Notes: generated from the letters alone by a model not told the origin. DNA of 64,000 nucleotides from Jatrophihabitantaceae bacterium (GCA_050742975.1 JBOGDQ010000070.1:19889-83888), one strand, 5' to 3'; positions 47,003 through 56,975 are shown, numbered from the stretch's first letter. A program made the numbers and translations.

Positions 47003-47764
47003 ATGCTGCTCGCCGATCCCGGCTTCACGCATGCGGTCAATGACGGCCCGCTGCTCGTCGCCGCGGGGGTGGCCGCGCTGGTCGGCCTGGTCGGCTTCCT
47101 GTCGCCGTGCGTGCTGCCGCTCGTGCCGGGCTATTTGTCCTATGTGGCCGGGCTGTCCGGGTCGGACGAGCGGCCTACGCAGCGGCGCATGTTCGGCGGA
47201 GCGCTGCTGTTCGTGCTCGGCTTCACCGTCATCTTCGTGCTCGAGGGCGTGCTGTTCGGCAGCCTCGGCGCCGCCATCCGCGACCACACGCTGGGGATCG
47301 AACGGGTGCTCGGCGTCGTCACCATCGTGATGGGCGTGGTCTTCCTCGGCGGCATCGGGTTCCTGCAACGCGAGCGGCGCATCCACCGGCTGCCGGCGCC
47401 GGGACTGGTCGGTGCACCGCTGCTCGGTGCGGCGTTCGGGCTGGCCTGGGCGCCCTGCCTCACCCCGACGTTCGGCGCGGTGTACTCGCTCGCGTTCCAG
47501 GAGGGCACTGCCGGCCGGGGTGCGTTCCTGATGTTCTGCTACTGCCTCGGCCTCGGCGTGCCGTTCGTGCTGGTGGCGCTGGGCTTCGGCTGGGTGTCCG
47601 GCGCGCTCGGCTTCGTGCGGCGGCACGTCCGCGCCGTCAGCCGGGTGGGCGGCGTGCTGCTGATCGTCATCGGCGTCCTGCTCGTCACCGGCGAGTGGAA
47701 CTCCTGGATGGACCAGTTGCGGACGTCCGTGGGAACCGGCACGGGCATCGGCGGCGGGCTGTGA
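47003..47764 (+). CDS. ccdA: cytochrome c biogenesis protein CcdA
   Basis: FLSPCVLPLVPGYLSYV and WAPCLTP motifs, six TM segments. Confidence 0.9.
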   Translation: MLLADPGFTHAVNDGPLLVAAGVAALVGLVGFLSPCVLPLVPGYLSYVAGLSGSDERPTQRRMFGGALLFVLGFTVIFVLEGVLFGSLGAAIRDHTLGIERVLGVVTIVMGVVFLGGIGFLQRERRIHRLPAPGLVGAPLLGAAFGLAWAPCLTPTFGAVYSLAFQEGTAGRGAFLMFCYCLGLGVPFVLVALGFGWVSGALGFVRRHVRAVSRVGGVLLIVIGVLLVTGEWNSWMDQLRTSVGTGTGIGGGL

Positions 47765-47819
47765 AAACCGCACGAAACCGCTCCGCACAAAGCACTCCGC
47801 ACTTTCGCGGGGGCCTCGC

Positions 47820-49370
47820 ATGATCACGACGGTCCTTCGTCCGGTGCGGATGACCTGGCGCCGGCTGACCAGCATGCGGACGGCGCTGATCCTGCTGTTC
47901 CTGCTCGCAGTCGCCGCAGTGCCCGGCTCGATCCTGCCCCAGCGCCCGCTCAACCCGACCAAGACCTCGTCGTACATCGCCTCGCACGGCGGCTGGGGCA
48001 CGTTCCTGGATCGCATCGGCATGTTCGACGTCTTCGGCTCGGTCTGGTTCGCGGCCATCTACCTGCTGCTGTTCGTCTCGCTCGTCGGCTGCCTGATCCC
48101 GCGCATCCGGCTGCACGCCCGCGCGATCGCCCGCAAGCCGCTGGCCGCGCCGCGGAACCTGAACCGGCTGCCGGAGAGCGGCGCCGTCGAGGTGGCGGAC
48201 ACGGCCGAGCAGTACGCGGTTGCCGCGCGCCGCACGCTCGGCCGGCGGTGGCGCGTGACCCGACGCGAGGAACCCTCCGGCGCGATCACGCTGTCCGCCG
48301 AGAAGGGCTACAGCCGCGAGACGGGAAACCTGCTGTTCCACGTCGCACTGCTCAGCGCGCTGATCCTGATCGCCGTCGGCAAGCTGTATAGCTACCAGGG
48401 AACGCTGATCGTCAACCAGGGCGACGGCTTCTGCAACACTGTCTCGCAGTACGACTCGTGGAAGCCCGGACGGCTCGCCTCCGACGGCAAGATCTCCCCC
48501 GCGCCGTTCTGCATCACCAAGCTGGACAAGTTCACCGCGACCTACACCGCGTCCGGCGAGCCGTCCAAGTTCGCGGCCGACGTGACGTACAAGCCGAACG
48601 TCGATGCCGCGTCGAGGAAGACGGCGATCACCGTCAACCATCCGCTGCGGCTCGAGGGCGACCGGGTGTACCTGATCAACCATGGCTTCGCGCCCCAGGT
48701 GACGATCCGCATGCCGGACGGTTCGGTCGTGCACGACACCCAGTCGTTCGTGCCGACCAACGCGACGACCTTCCTGTCCGAGGGCGCCTTCAAGGAGCAG
48801 GGCCGGCCGGGCGCCAAGCAGGACGTCGGCCTCTCCGGGCTGTTCGCGCCGACGCCGCAGGACGAGGGCAACGGCGTCATCACCTCGACGTCACCGCAGG
48901 TGCACAACCCCGTGCTCGCGGTCTTCGTCTATGTCGGCGACCTGAACTACAACGGGATGCCACAGTCGGTGTACTCGCTGGACACGTCGAAGATGACCAA
49001 GATCGGCGCGGTGAACCTGGCGGTGGGGCAGACCAAGACGTTCGCCCACGGAGTTTCGGTGACGTTCGACGGCTGGGTCCCGTGGGTCAGCTTCCAGGTC
49101 AGCCACGACCCGACGCAGGGCTATCTGCTGATCGCGGTTGTCGCCATGGTGCTTGGGCTGATCGGCTCGCTGAGCATCCGGCGGCGGCGAGTGTGGCTGC
49201 GCATCACCCCTCCGGCGGACCCCCTGGACGGGTCGCCTACCGTTGTCTCCGTCGGCGGCCTGGCCCGCAGCGACTCGGGCAACTTCAGTACCGAGTTCAC
49301 GGCGCTGCTGGACCGGCTGCGCGGGGCCGGCAGGCCGGCACGGGAGAGCGTCCCGGCAGGAAGGGAGTGA
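47820..49370 (+). CDS. resB: cytochrome c biogenesis protein ResB
   Basis: LTSMRTALILLFLLAVAAVPGSILPQR N-terminus, large extracytoplasmic domain and C-terminal TM. Confidence 0.9.
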   Translation: MITTVLRPVRMTWRRLTSMRTALILLFLLAVAAVPGSILPQRPLNPTKTSSYIASHGGWGTFLDRIGMFDVFGSVWFAAIYLLLFVSLVGCLIPRIRLHARAIARKPLAAPRNLNRLPESGAVEVADTAEQYAVAARRTLGRRWRVTRREEPSGAITLSAEKGYSRETGNLLFHVALLSALILIAVGKLYSYQGTLIVNQGDGFCNTVSQYDSWKPGRLASDGKISPAPFCITKLDKFTATYTASGEPSKFAADVTYKPNVDAASRKTAITVNHPLRLEGDRVYLINHGFAPQVTIRMPDGSVVHDTQSFVPTNATTFLSEGAFKEQGRPGAKQDVGLSGLFAPTPQDEGNGVITSTSPQVHNPVLAVFVYVGDLNYNGMPQSVYSLDTSKMTKIGAVNLAVGQTKTFAHGVSVTFDGWVPWVSFQVSHDPTQGYLLIAVVAMVLGLIGSLSIRRRRVWLRITPPADPLDGSPTVVSVGGLARSDSGNFSTEFTALLDRLRGAGRPARESVPAGRE

Positions 49371-49372
49371 CG

Positions 49373-50413
49373 GTGGCTGGCATCGACGGTTCCATGGCCC
49401 ACCTGTCCGACTCGTTGTTCACGACCTCGATCGCGATCTACGCGGTCGCGATGGTCGGGTACACGGCCGAATACGCCTTCGGGCGCCGGGGACGGATCGC
49501 AGCCACGGTGCCGGTCGCCGCGCGCGAGCTCGTGGGCGCCAGGGGGGGTCCCCCCGCCAATTGGGGCGTAACCGGCGGGGGAGGGCCGCCGTCCGTCGAG
49601 TCGATACCCCCTGCGCCGTCTCCTACGCGACCATCGGCCGCCGAGCGCATCGGTCGCTTCTCCTTCGCCATCACCGTGCTGGGCGCGCTGTTCCACACGG
49701 CATCCATCGCGGTTCGTGCCACGGCCGTCGACGCGGTGCCGTGGAGCAACATGTACGAGTTCGCATCGGTCGCGGGTCTCGTCGGTGTCATCGCGTTCAT
49801 CGCCCTGCTCTGGCGGCTGCCCGCGATCCGGCACCTCGGCGGGCTGATCCTGCTGCCGGTCATCCTGCTGATGTTCCTGGCCGGGACGGTGTTCTACTCC
49901 AGGGCCCAGCCGCTCGTTCCCGCGCTGCAGTCGTACTGGCTGGCCATCCACGTCACGCTGGTCTCGATCGCCGAGGGCGCGCTGATGACCAGCGCGGTGC
50001 TGACCGTGCTGTTCCTGGCCAAGCAGCGCTACGACCGGATCAGCGTGCGGCCCGGCTTCAAGCCCGGCTCGCTGGCCACGCTTGCCTCGCGGCTGCCGGA
50101 CGCGACCACCCTGGACAAGGCCGCGTACCGGATCGTCGCGTTCTCCTTCCCGCTGTACACGGTCGCGATCATCTGCGGTGCCATCTGGGCGGAGGCCGCC
50201 TGGGGGCGGTACTGGGGCTGGGACCCGAAGGAGACCTGGGCGTTCATCGTCTGGGTTATCTACGCCTGCTACCTGCATGCGCGCGCGACCGCCGGCTGGA
50301 AGGGCCGCGCTGCGGCCTGGGTGAACCTGGCCGGGTTCGGTGCGATCATCTTCAACTTCGTGATCGTCAACGTGGTCATCTCCGGGCTGCACTCCTACGC
50401 CGGCCTCAGCTGA
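49373..50413 (+). CDS. ccsB: cytochrome c-type biogenesis protein CcsB/ResC
   Basis: WGRYWGWDPKETWAFI tryptophan-rich haem-handling motif. Start is GTG 49373 (ATG 49394 is an alternative). Confidence 0.9.
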   Translation: MAGIDGSMAHLSDSLFTTSIAIYAVAMVGYTAEYAFGRRGRIAATVPVAARELVGARGGPPANWGVTGGGGPPSVESIPPAPSPTRPSAAERIGRFSFAITVLGALFHTASIAVRATAVDAVPWSNMYEFASVAGLVGVIAFIALLWRLPAIRHLGGLILLPVILLMFLAGTVFYSRAQPLVPALQSYWLAIHVTLVSIAEGALMTSAVLTVLFLAKQRYDRISVRPGFKPGSLATLASRLPDATTLDKAAYRIVAFSFPLYTVAIICGAIWAEAAWGRYWGWDPKETWAFIVWVIYACYLHARATAGWKGRAAAWVNLAGFGAIIFNFVIVNVVISGLHSYAGLS

Positions 50414-50498
50414 CCCGCCCGCTGCTGCTGCAGCGCTCCGGCGTCCGAGGCCATGATCAAAGTAGCGGTTGCGACCAGATACGACAGGATCGGTGCTT

Positions 50499-50531
50499 CG
50501 GTCGGCGTGGCTGCGGCAGCCACGCCGACCG
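50499..50531. terminator. perfect 33-nt palindromic hairpin between convergent genes (candidate bidirectional terminator)
   Basis: CGGTCGGCGTGGCTGCGGCAGCCACGCCGACCG. It lies between the ccsB stop (50413) and the end of the minus-strand ORF (50719). Confidence 0.6.
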
Positions 50532-50718
50532 CGCCCTGTTCGCGGCGGACGGCACCGCTGCAGGACAGCTCCGGTTGCCTTGGCTATCGGATCTGCCCTT
50601 GTCCGGCGACGGATAGTGATGGTGCGGGGTGTATTACGCGCGTCATACAGCTTGGGGAGGCATGGTTCCAGGCAGCCGCGCTCTGCCGCCGATCTGGAGG
50701 TCCTGGGTTGTTGAGCGG

Positions 50719-51084
50719 TCACATATTGATCAACGAGCCGAGGGCGCTCAGCTCGGGCTCGCGTTGGCTTATCGAGTAAGCGACAACCTCGCCGTCTGGG
50801 TGCAGCCAGATACCAGTGAGGTGCTCGCCGGTGTGAGGCGCGAAGCCTTTCGGGCGCCGTGGGGCTACAAATGACCCTCGACCGGTGATGACGACAACAG
50901 GCCTGTTCGCGACAGGGTGATTCGCGTGTGTACGGGCTCCATAGACCGCGGTATCGGCAATCTGAAAGGTACTGAAAACGTACTTGAGATCGGTCGGTTT
51001 GGGCTCTCCACAGCCCGACGCCAGGCGCCGGAACTCGGCGCGGAGTTGTTCAGCCGGTGCGTCGTCCATCATCTCAGCATGCAC
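50719..51084 (-). CDS. hypothetical protein (121 aa) in a visibly more AT-rich segment
   Basis: ORF with non-biased composition (K, F, Y, H, I present). No recognisable motif. Confidence 0.5.
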   Translation of the reverse strand: MHAEMMDDAPAEQLRAEFRRLASGCGEPKPTDLKYVFSTFQIADTAVYGARTHANHPVANRPVVVITGRGSFVAPRRPKGFAPHTGEHLTGIWLHPDGEVVAYSISQREPELSALGSLINM

Positions 51085-51329
51085 CGACCGGGTCCTCGGG
51101 TCGCCCGCCGACGGTCGGACAAGGCCTCAGGAAGCACCAGGTATCTCGACCACACCGGGCGGCTGACTGCGCCGCCGACCGTCAGCAGCGTGATGCCCGG
51201 CTCGTGCCTGGTTCCGGTGTCCGCGAACCGGCGCGAGCCTAGCCGGACCAGTACGGCGAGCTGCGCGAACGTCGTCAGCAGCGCCAGCGCGGCCAGCCCG
51301 GCGCCTCGCATCGTGAACCAGACCGTCAT
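51069..51329 (-). CDS. small hydrophobic ORF (86 aa) ATGA-coupled to apbE; possibly a truncated membrane protein
   Basis: MTVWFTMRGAGLAALALLTTFAQLAVLV... The start overlaps the apbE stop. The tail runs into the AT-richer segment and overlaps the next ORF by 16 nt. Confidence 0.35.
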   Translation of the reverse strand: MTVWFTMRGAGLAALALLTTFAQLAVLVRLGSRRFADTGTRHEPGITLLTVGGAVSRPVWSRYLVLPEALSDRRRATRGPGRCMLR

Positions 51330-52237
51330 GCCGACACCGCCAGCGGATTCTGCTGCGGCCAGCCGCCGACGGTCGTGACCACACCGTCCACGGCAACGAA
51401 GCGGGCGGCCAGGTTCCGAGCGGCGAACCAGCCGAGCGCATCGGCGCCCAACACGATTCCCGCCGTGCTCGCCGTGTTGGCCGCCAGCGCGCACGGCGCG
51501 TAGACGGAGACGGTGCGCCACGGACCGGCCGCGGGCCGTCCGGTGCGCGGGTCGACGATGTGGTGCACGGCTGCGCCGCCACGACGCCACCGGCGGATCA
51601 CCGTGGTGGACGTGGCCATTCCGCCGTGCCGCACGAGCACGTGCTGACCGGTGTCACCGGCGCGCTCGGCGACGTCGATGCACCAGCCCTGCGGCCGGTT
51701 GCCGGCGACGGCGAGGTCACCGCCGAGCTCGACGAGCACCGCGGTGCCGTAACGCTGCGCGAGGGCGTGCGCGGCGTGATCGGCCAGGTAGGACTTCGCA
51801 GTCGCGCCGAGGTCCAGCGCTGCACCGGGCGGCACGGTCAGCAGCCCGGCGTCGCGGTCCAGCCGCACGTCCCGCCAGGTGCGCACCGCCGCCGACGGCG
51901 CCGCGGGACCGTCAGCCGAGACCGCCGCGATGTCCCGGTCGTAGCCGAGCCGGCCGAGCGTCGTCCCCACGGTGGGATCGACCAGGCCGCCGGTCGTGTC
52001 TGCGGCGTCGAGGGCGACGGCGACGAGATCGACGAGCAGGCGCGGCACCGGGACGGGTCGGCCGGCGCTCGAGTTCGCCTTCGACAGCGCGGAGTCCGGA
52101 CGGAAGCGGCTCGCCGCGGCGTCGACCCGGGCGAGCAGCGCGGCCAGGTCGGCGGCGGCTGGACGGATCGCGCGCTCGTCGTCGACCACGAGCCGGACCG
52201 TGCAGCTCCACGCCCGCATCACCTGAGTGGCGCTCAT
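51326..52237 (-). CDS. apbE: FAD:protein FMN transferase (ApbE family)
   Basis: ...LDLGATAKSYLAD...GGDLAV...HHIVDPRTGRP...ALAANTASTA... ApbE motifs. Confidence 0.85.
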   Translation of the reverse strand: MSATQVMRAWSCTVRLVVDDERAIRPAAADLAALLARVDAAASRFRPDSALSKANSSAGRPVPVPRLLVDLVAVALDAADTTGGLVDPTVGTTLGRLGYDRDIAAVSADGPAAPSAAVRTWRDVRLDRDAGLLTVPPGAALDLGATAKSYLADHAAHALAQRYGTAVLVELGGDLAVAGNRPQGWCIDVAERAGDTGQHVLVRHGGMATSTTVIRRWRRGGAAVHHIVDPRTGRPAAGPWRTVSVYAPCALAANTASTAGIVLGADALGWFAARNLAARFVAVDGVVTTVGGWPQQNPLAVSA

Positions 52238-52274
52238 CGCGACACCGCCGTCGCCCGGCCGGCAGCAAGGCTTC

Positions 52275-52556
52275 TCATGAGCCGTTGCTCCCGCCGGCGG
52301 GAGCCTGATCCTGCGTCGAGCTGGACAGGCCGCCGGTCGAGTCCGATCCGCTGTCCGTGCTGTTCGACGTCGTGGACGTCGTGCCGGTGGTGGTGGACGT
52401 CGTCCCGTGCGTGGTCGTCGTGGCCGCGGTGCTGTGCGAGACCCCGACGGTCAGCGCCGCGGTGAGCGCGACTCCGGCCGCCGCGGTGCCGCCGCCGGCG
52501 AGGACGGCCAGGCGGACCAGGCGCTTCGGGTTGCTGTTCTCGGTCATGCCGTTCAC
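52275..52556 (-). CDS. small membrane-anchored Thr/Ser-rich protein
   Basis: N-terminal TM (LVRLAVLAGGGTAAAGVALTAALTV) followed by a low-complexity T/S-rich tail. Immediately upstream of apbE. Confidence 0.45.
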   Translation of the reverse strand: MNGMTENSNPKRLVRLAVLAGGGTAAAGVALTAALTVGVSHSTAATTTTHGTTSTTTGTTSTTSNSTDSGSDSTGGLSSSTQDQAPAGGSNGS

Positions 52557-52631
52557 GATCGGGCCCAGCGCATCAGCGCCGCCTCACGCGAACGTCAAGG
52601 CCGTCCTAAGTTCGGCTTTGACCAGGTGAAG

Positions 52632-53207
52632 TCAGCCCGCCGGCCACGCCGGATCGCGCCCGCAGAGGCCGATCAGCCGATCCAGCGGCGGCGCCGATGC
52701 GGGTACCTCGACGACCGGGCCGAACGGGCCGTCCACCGGACGCAGATCGGCCGAGGCCTCCGCGAGCCTGATGCACTCCTGGACCAGGCCCGGGTCGGCC
52801 GCGAACGGCTGGCCACTGGCCCGGCTGACGTCCCAGCCGTGGACGACCAACTCGTTGACCGCCACCAGTCCCGCGACCTCGCCGGGCAGCGTGATGCCGC
52901 CGACCTCGGTCATCCCGTCCCAGGCGTCCGGCAGGGTCCACGCTCGCGCGAGAGCGCGCAGCTGCACCGGGATCTGCTCGCGCCAGCCGTCGGCGAGCCG
53001 GCTCGCGTCGCCCGACGGGGCCGCCGAACCACCGGGTGGCTGCTCCTTGTTCGCCGCGAACGTGAACGCAAGCGAGAGTCCGTTGACGTGCTCGATCAGG
53101 TCACCGAGCATGTAGTTCGGGCACGGCGTCGGCGCGCCGAGCTGGTCGTCGGTCACCGCGCCGAGCGCGCCGATCAGCCCTTCGGCCGCGGGGGTCAGGT
53201 AGAGCAT
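52632..53207 (-). CDS. TIGR03086/DinB-like mycothiol-dependent enzyme family protein
   Basis: GAVTDDQLGAPTPCPNYMLGDLIEHV is the typical N-terminus of this family. Confidence 0.78.
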   Translation of the reverse strand: MLYLTPAAEGLIGALGAVTDDQLGAPTPCPNYMLGDLIEHVNGLSLAFTFAANKEQPPGGSAAPSGDASRLADGWREQIPVQLRALARAWTLPDAWDGMTEVGGITLPGEVAGLVAVNELVVHGWDVSRASGQPFAADPGLVQECIRLAEASADLRPVDGPFGPVVEVPASAPPLDRLIGLCGRDPAWPAG

Positions 53208-53283
53208 GGTCGGGGTGTCCTTTCACGGTTGCGTCGTCTCACCAGTCAAGCGTCGTTGCACCAGTGAAGCGTCGTCTCACCAG

Positions 53284-54609
53284 TCAAGCCCAGTGGAGCA
53301 GCAACGTGATCAGCGCGCCCCCTGCTGCGCTTCGTCCGAGCGTCATCGTGCCGCCGCTGCCCTCAGCGCACCGGCGGGCGATGTCCAGGCCCAGCCCGGT
53401 CGAGCCGCGGTCGCTGCGGCCGCGGACCAGGGCGTCCTCCGGCAGCCCCGGCCCGGCGTCGGAGACTTCCAGCACCGCGCCCTCGTCGGATGCGACGAGC
53501 CGCACGCTGAACGCCGTCCCCTCCGGGGTGTGCGCGATGACGTTCTCCAGCAGCGCGTCGACGGTTGCGGCCAGATCCTCGGCCGATGTCCTGACCGGCA
53601 AAGGGGATTCGGGCAGGTTGACCTCGGTCGGGCGCTCCTGCTCGTCGGCCAGTGCGGACCAGAACGACACCCGCTCGCCGACGACGGAGGTGGCGTCGCT
53701 GGCGGGCATCCGACCCTCGCGCTGCGGACGCCGCGCAGCGTGGATGATCGCGGTGAGCATCCGCTCCAGCGTGCTCACGTGGTTGCCGACGCGCTCGGCG
53801 TCCTCCGGATCGCGCAGCGCCTCGGCGTCCAGGCGCAGCGCGGTCAGCGGGGTGCGCAGCCGGTGCGAGAGGTCCGCGACGGTCTCGCGCTCCTCGGCGA
53901 TCAGCTCGTCGATCCGATCGGCCAGCCGGTTCAGCGCCGAACCGACCTCGGCGATCTCGCGCGGGCCGTCGGTCGGTGCGCGCGCGGTCGTGTCACCGAC
54001 TGCGAGCTGCTGCGCCGTGTCGGCGGTGCGGACGAGCGGACGGACGATGCGCCGGGTCAGCAGCTCGGCGGCGAGCGCACCGAGCAGCAGCAGGCCGAGG
54101 CCGCCGCCGACCAGCAGGAACCACCACTTGGCCTCGCCCGCGTGCAGCGCGTCGTTCGACAGGTACACGCGGATGAAGTAGAACGTCGTGCTCGTGCGAG
54201 CGGTCGTCTCGGCCAGCTGCCCGCCGGGGATCGGATGCAGCGTCGCGTTGGGAGCGCCGCCCTCGGGCCCGCCACCGCCGGGCAGGTTGGGGAAGCCGTT
54301 GCGTGCACCCCGCGGGGTGAACTGCGCGGTTCGCGGGTCACTCGGCGTCGTGCCGATCGTCGTGCCGTCGGCCAGCGTCACCGACGTGGGCCGACCGGTG
54401 TTGGCCGATACGGACTGCACGTACGTCGTGATCTTGCTCTTCGTCGGTCCGCTGCCTAGGAAGAAGGCCGCGTTCTTGGCCTGGTCCAGAGTGGCCTGCT
54501 CGGCGCGCTGCGCGACGGCGGAGTGCAGCAGGATGCCGACCGGGATCGCGAAGGCGACCACGACCAGCGTCGTCATCCCGACGACGAGCAGCAGGATGCG
54601 GCGCCTCAT
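53284..54609 (-). CDS. sensor histidine kinase (HAMP-HisKA-HATPase)
   Basis: Two TMs and the H-box VADLSHRLRTPLTAL, plus GSTGLGLDIARR. Start at ATG 54609. Confidence 0.88.
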   Translation of the reverse strand: MRRRILLLVVGMTTLVVVAFAIPVGILLHSAVAQRAEQATLDQAKNAAFFLGSGPTKSKITTYVQSVSANTGRPTSVTLADGTTIGTTPSDPRTAQFTPRGARNGFPNLPGGGGPEGGAPNATLHPIPGGQLAETTARTSTTFYFIRVYLSNDALHAGEAKWWFLLVGGGLGLLLLGALAAELLTRRIVRPLVRTADTAQQLAVGDTTARAPTDGPREIAEVGSALNRLADRIDELIAEERETVADLSHRLRTPLTALRLDAEALRDPEDAERVGNHVSTLERMLTAIIHAARRPQREGRMPASDATSVVGERVSFWSALADEQERPTEVNLPESPLPVRTSAEDLAATVDALLENVIAHTPEGTAFSVRLVASDEGAVLEVSDAGPGLPEDALVRGRSDRGSTGLGLDIARRCAEGSGGTMTLGRSAAGGALITLLLHWA

Positions 54610-54661
54610 GCGGACCTCGACCCAGGCGTGGTCGTGGCCCGCGCGGCAGCGTTTCGGCTCG

Positions 54662-55351
54662 TCATGCCGATTCCGCCGGAGCCACCAGCCGGACGCCGAC
54701 GCCGCGCACGCTGTACAGGTAGCGCGGGTTCGCGGCCGTCTCGCCGAGCTTGCGCCGCAGCCAGGACAGGTGCACGTCGACCGTCCGGTCCGAGCCGCCC
54801 CAGGCCAGCTGCCACACCTCGGCCAGCAGGTCGCGCTTGCTGACAACCTCGCCGGCGCGACGTGCCAGGGCCAGCAGCAGCTCGAACTCCTTGCGCGCGA
54901 GCTCGACCGGACGCCCGTCGACGCTCACCTCGTAGCTGCGCGTGTCGATCTTCAGCCCGCCGACGGTGATCACCGGGTCCTCGTCGGTTCGCCCGGTCCG
55001 TCGCAGCACGGCTCGGATGCGCGCGTTCAGTTGGACGGCGGTGAACGGCTTGATCACGTAGTCGTCGGCGCCGAGCTCGAGCAGCCGCACCATCTCGGAC
55101 TCCTCGTCGCGCGCGGTGGCCACGATGACCGGGACGTCGCTGACCGCACGCAGCATCGACAGCACGTCGGCCCCGTCGAGATCGGGCAGGCCGAGGTCGA
55201 GGAGCACCACATCCGGCTTGCGCTCCACGGCTGAGGTCAGGGCAGGCATCCCCGAGCTGACCGACGCGACACCGTGGCCGAGTTCGCGCAGGGCACGGGT
55301 CAGCGCCGTGCGGATGGCGGCATCGTCCTCGACGAGCAGCACCTGGGCCAT
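54662..55351 (-). CDS. OmpR-family response regulator
   Basis: VLLVEDDAAI...DLGLPDLDG receiver and SVRGVGVRL winged helix. Confidence 0.9.
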   Translation of the reverse strand: MAQVLLVEDDAAIRTALTRALRELGHGVASVSSGMPALTSAVERKPDVVLLDLGLPDLDGADVLSMLRAVSDVPVIVATARDEESEMVRLLELGADDYVIKPFTAVQLNARIRAVLRRTGRTDEDPVITVGGLKIDTRSYEVSVDGRPVELARKEFELLLALARRAGEVVSKRDLLAEVWQLAWGGSDRTVDVHLSWLRRKLGETAANPRYLYSVRGVGVRLVAPAESA

Positions 55352-55392
55352 GGCCGCGAAGGTACACGCGACAGGCAGGGATACTGGTCGGC

Positions 55393-56853
55393 GTGGCGTT
55401 CTCGGATCTGCAGGACTTCCTCTCGGCGCTGGAGCGCGATGGCGACCTCGCGCGGGTCACGGCGCCGGTGGATCCACACCTCGAGGTGACCGGGATCGTC
55501 CAGCGCGTGCTGCGCGAGCAGGGACCGGCGCTGCTGTTCGAGAACCCGACGCGCGGCCGGATGCCGTTGCTGATGAACGCGTTCGGCACCCAGCGGCGGA
55601 TGGCGCGCGCGCTCGGTGTCGACGACCTGGACGAGATCGGCGCCCGGATCGCCGAGCTGCTCAAGCCCGAGTTGCCCCGCGGCGTCGGCGGCCTGCGCGA
55701 TGCGCTCGGGAAGGTGTCGCAGCTGCGGGCCGCGCCCCCGCGGCGGGTGCGGAGCGCGCCGTGCCAGGAGGTGATCGTCAAAGGCGACGACGTGGACCTG
55801 ATCGACCTGCTGCCCGGCGTGCAGTCGTGGCCGGACGACGGTGGCGTGTTCCTGAATCTCGGGCTGACGCACACCAAGCACCCCGAGACCGGCGCGCGGA
55901 ACCTCGGCATGTACCGGCTGCAGCTGCAGGATTCGCGCACCGTCTCGCTGCACTGGCAGATCCACAAGGACTCCACCTCGCACGCGGCGATCGCCGAGCG
56001 GCGGGGCGAGCGACTGCCCGTCGCGATCGCGTTCGGCTGCCCGCCGGCGGTGACGTACTCGGCATCCGCGCCGCTGCCCGCCGACATCGACGAGTACCTG
56101 TTCGCCGGCTTCGTCCAGCGCGAGCGCGTCGACATGGTCGACTGCGTCTCGGTGCCGCTGCAGGTACCGGCCGCCGCACAGATCGTGCTGGAGGGCTGGG
56201 TGTCACCGGGCGAGCGCCTACCGGAAGGGCCCTTCGGCGATCACACCGGTTTCTACACGCCGGTCGAGCCGTTCCCGTTCGTGCGGGTCGAGACCTTGAC
56301 GATGCGCGAGCAGCCGATCTACCAGTCGATCATCGTCGGGCGGCCGCCGCAGGAGGACGGGCCGCTGGGCAAGGCGACCGAGCGGATCTTCCTGCCGCTG
56401 ATCAGGATGAGCGTGCCGGAGATCGTCGACTACGACCTGCCCGAGGCCGGCGTGTTCCACAACTGCTGCATCGTCTCGGTCGACAAGCGCTTCCCCAAGC
56501 ATGCACAGAAGGTGATGAACGCGATCTGGGGTGCCGGGCTGCTGTCGCTGTCCAAGCTGATCGTCGTCGTGGACGCCGACTGCGACGTGCACGACTATGC
56601 CGAGGTGGCCTGGCGGGCGTTCGGCAACGTCGACTACGCACACGACGTGCAGCACACGGTCGGCCCGGTCGATCACCTCGATCATGCGTCGTACGAGCAG
56701 TTCTTCGGCGGCAAGCTCGGCGTGGATGCGACCCGCAAGCTGCCGACCGAGGGCTACCACCGTGCCGGTGGCTGGCCGTCGGAGTGTGTTCTCGACGCGG
56801 CGACGCTCGGGCTGGTGGACCGCCGCTGGAGCGAGTACGGGATCGGGCGATGA
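55393..56853 (+). CDS. UbiD-family decarboxylase (menaquinone via futalosine, SCO4490-like)
   Basis: FSDLQDFLSALERDGDLARV...GMYRLQL...HWQIHKD UbiD motifs, in a cluster with UbiA-like, UbiX and mqn genes. Confidence 0.88.
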   Translation: MAFSDLQDFLSALERDGDLARVTAPVDPHLEVTGIVQRVLREQGPALLFENPTRGRMPLLMNAFGTQRRMARALGVDDLDEIGARIAELLKPELPRGVGGLRDALGKVSQLRAAPPRRVRSAPCQEVIVKGDDVDLIDLLPGVQSWPDDGGVFLNLGLTHTKHPETGARNLGMYRLQLQDSRTVSLHWQIHKDSTSHAAIAERRGERLPVAIAFGCPPAVTYSASAPLPADIDEYLFAGFVQRERVDMVDCVSVPLQVPAAAQIVLEGWVSPGERLPEGPFGDHTGFYTPVEPFPFVRVETLTMREQPIYQSIIVGRPPQEDGPLGKATERIFLPLIRMSVPEIVDYDLPEAGVFHNCCIVSVDKRFPKHAQKVMNAIWGAGLLSLSKLIVVVDADCDVHDYAEVAWRAFGNVDYAHDVQHTVGPVDHLDHASYEQFFGGKLGVDATRKLPTEGYHRAGGWPSECVLDAATLGLVDRRWSEYGIGR

Positions 56854-56876
56854 GCGAGGCGGACAGGGTGTCCGGC

Positions 56877-56903
56877 GATCTTCCTGCGCCGGGTAGCGCT
56901 GGT
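56877..56903 (+). repeat. partial (27-nt) copy of the 48-nt element
   Basis: GATCTTCCTGCGCCGGGTAGCGCTGGT, abutting a full copy. Confidence 0.75.
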
Positions 56904-56951
56904 GATCTTCCTGCGCCTGGTGGTGCCCGTGACGGTATGGGTAGGAAGATC
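56904..56951 (+). repeat. 48-nt palindromic repeat element, copy c
   Basis: GATCTTCCTGCGCCTGGTGGTGCCCGTGACGGTATGGGTAGGAAGATC. Confidence 0.85.
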
Positions 56952-56975
56952 AAGACCGCGAGCCCGGCGCGCGTC

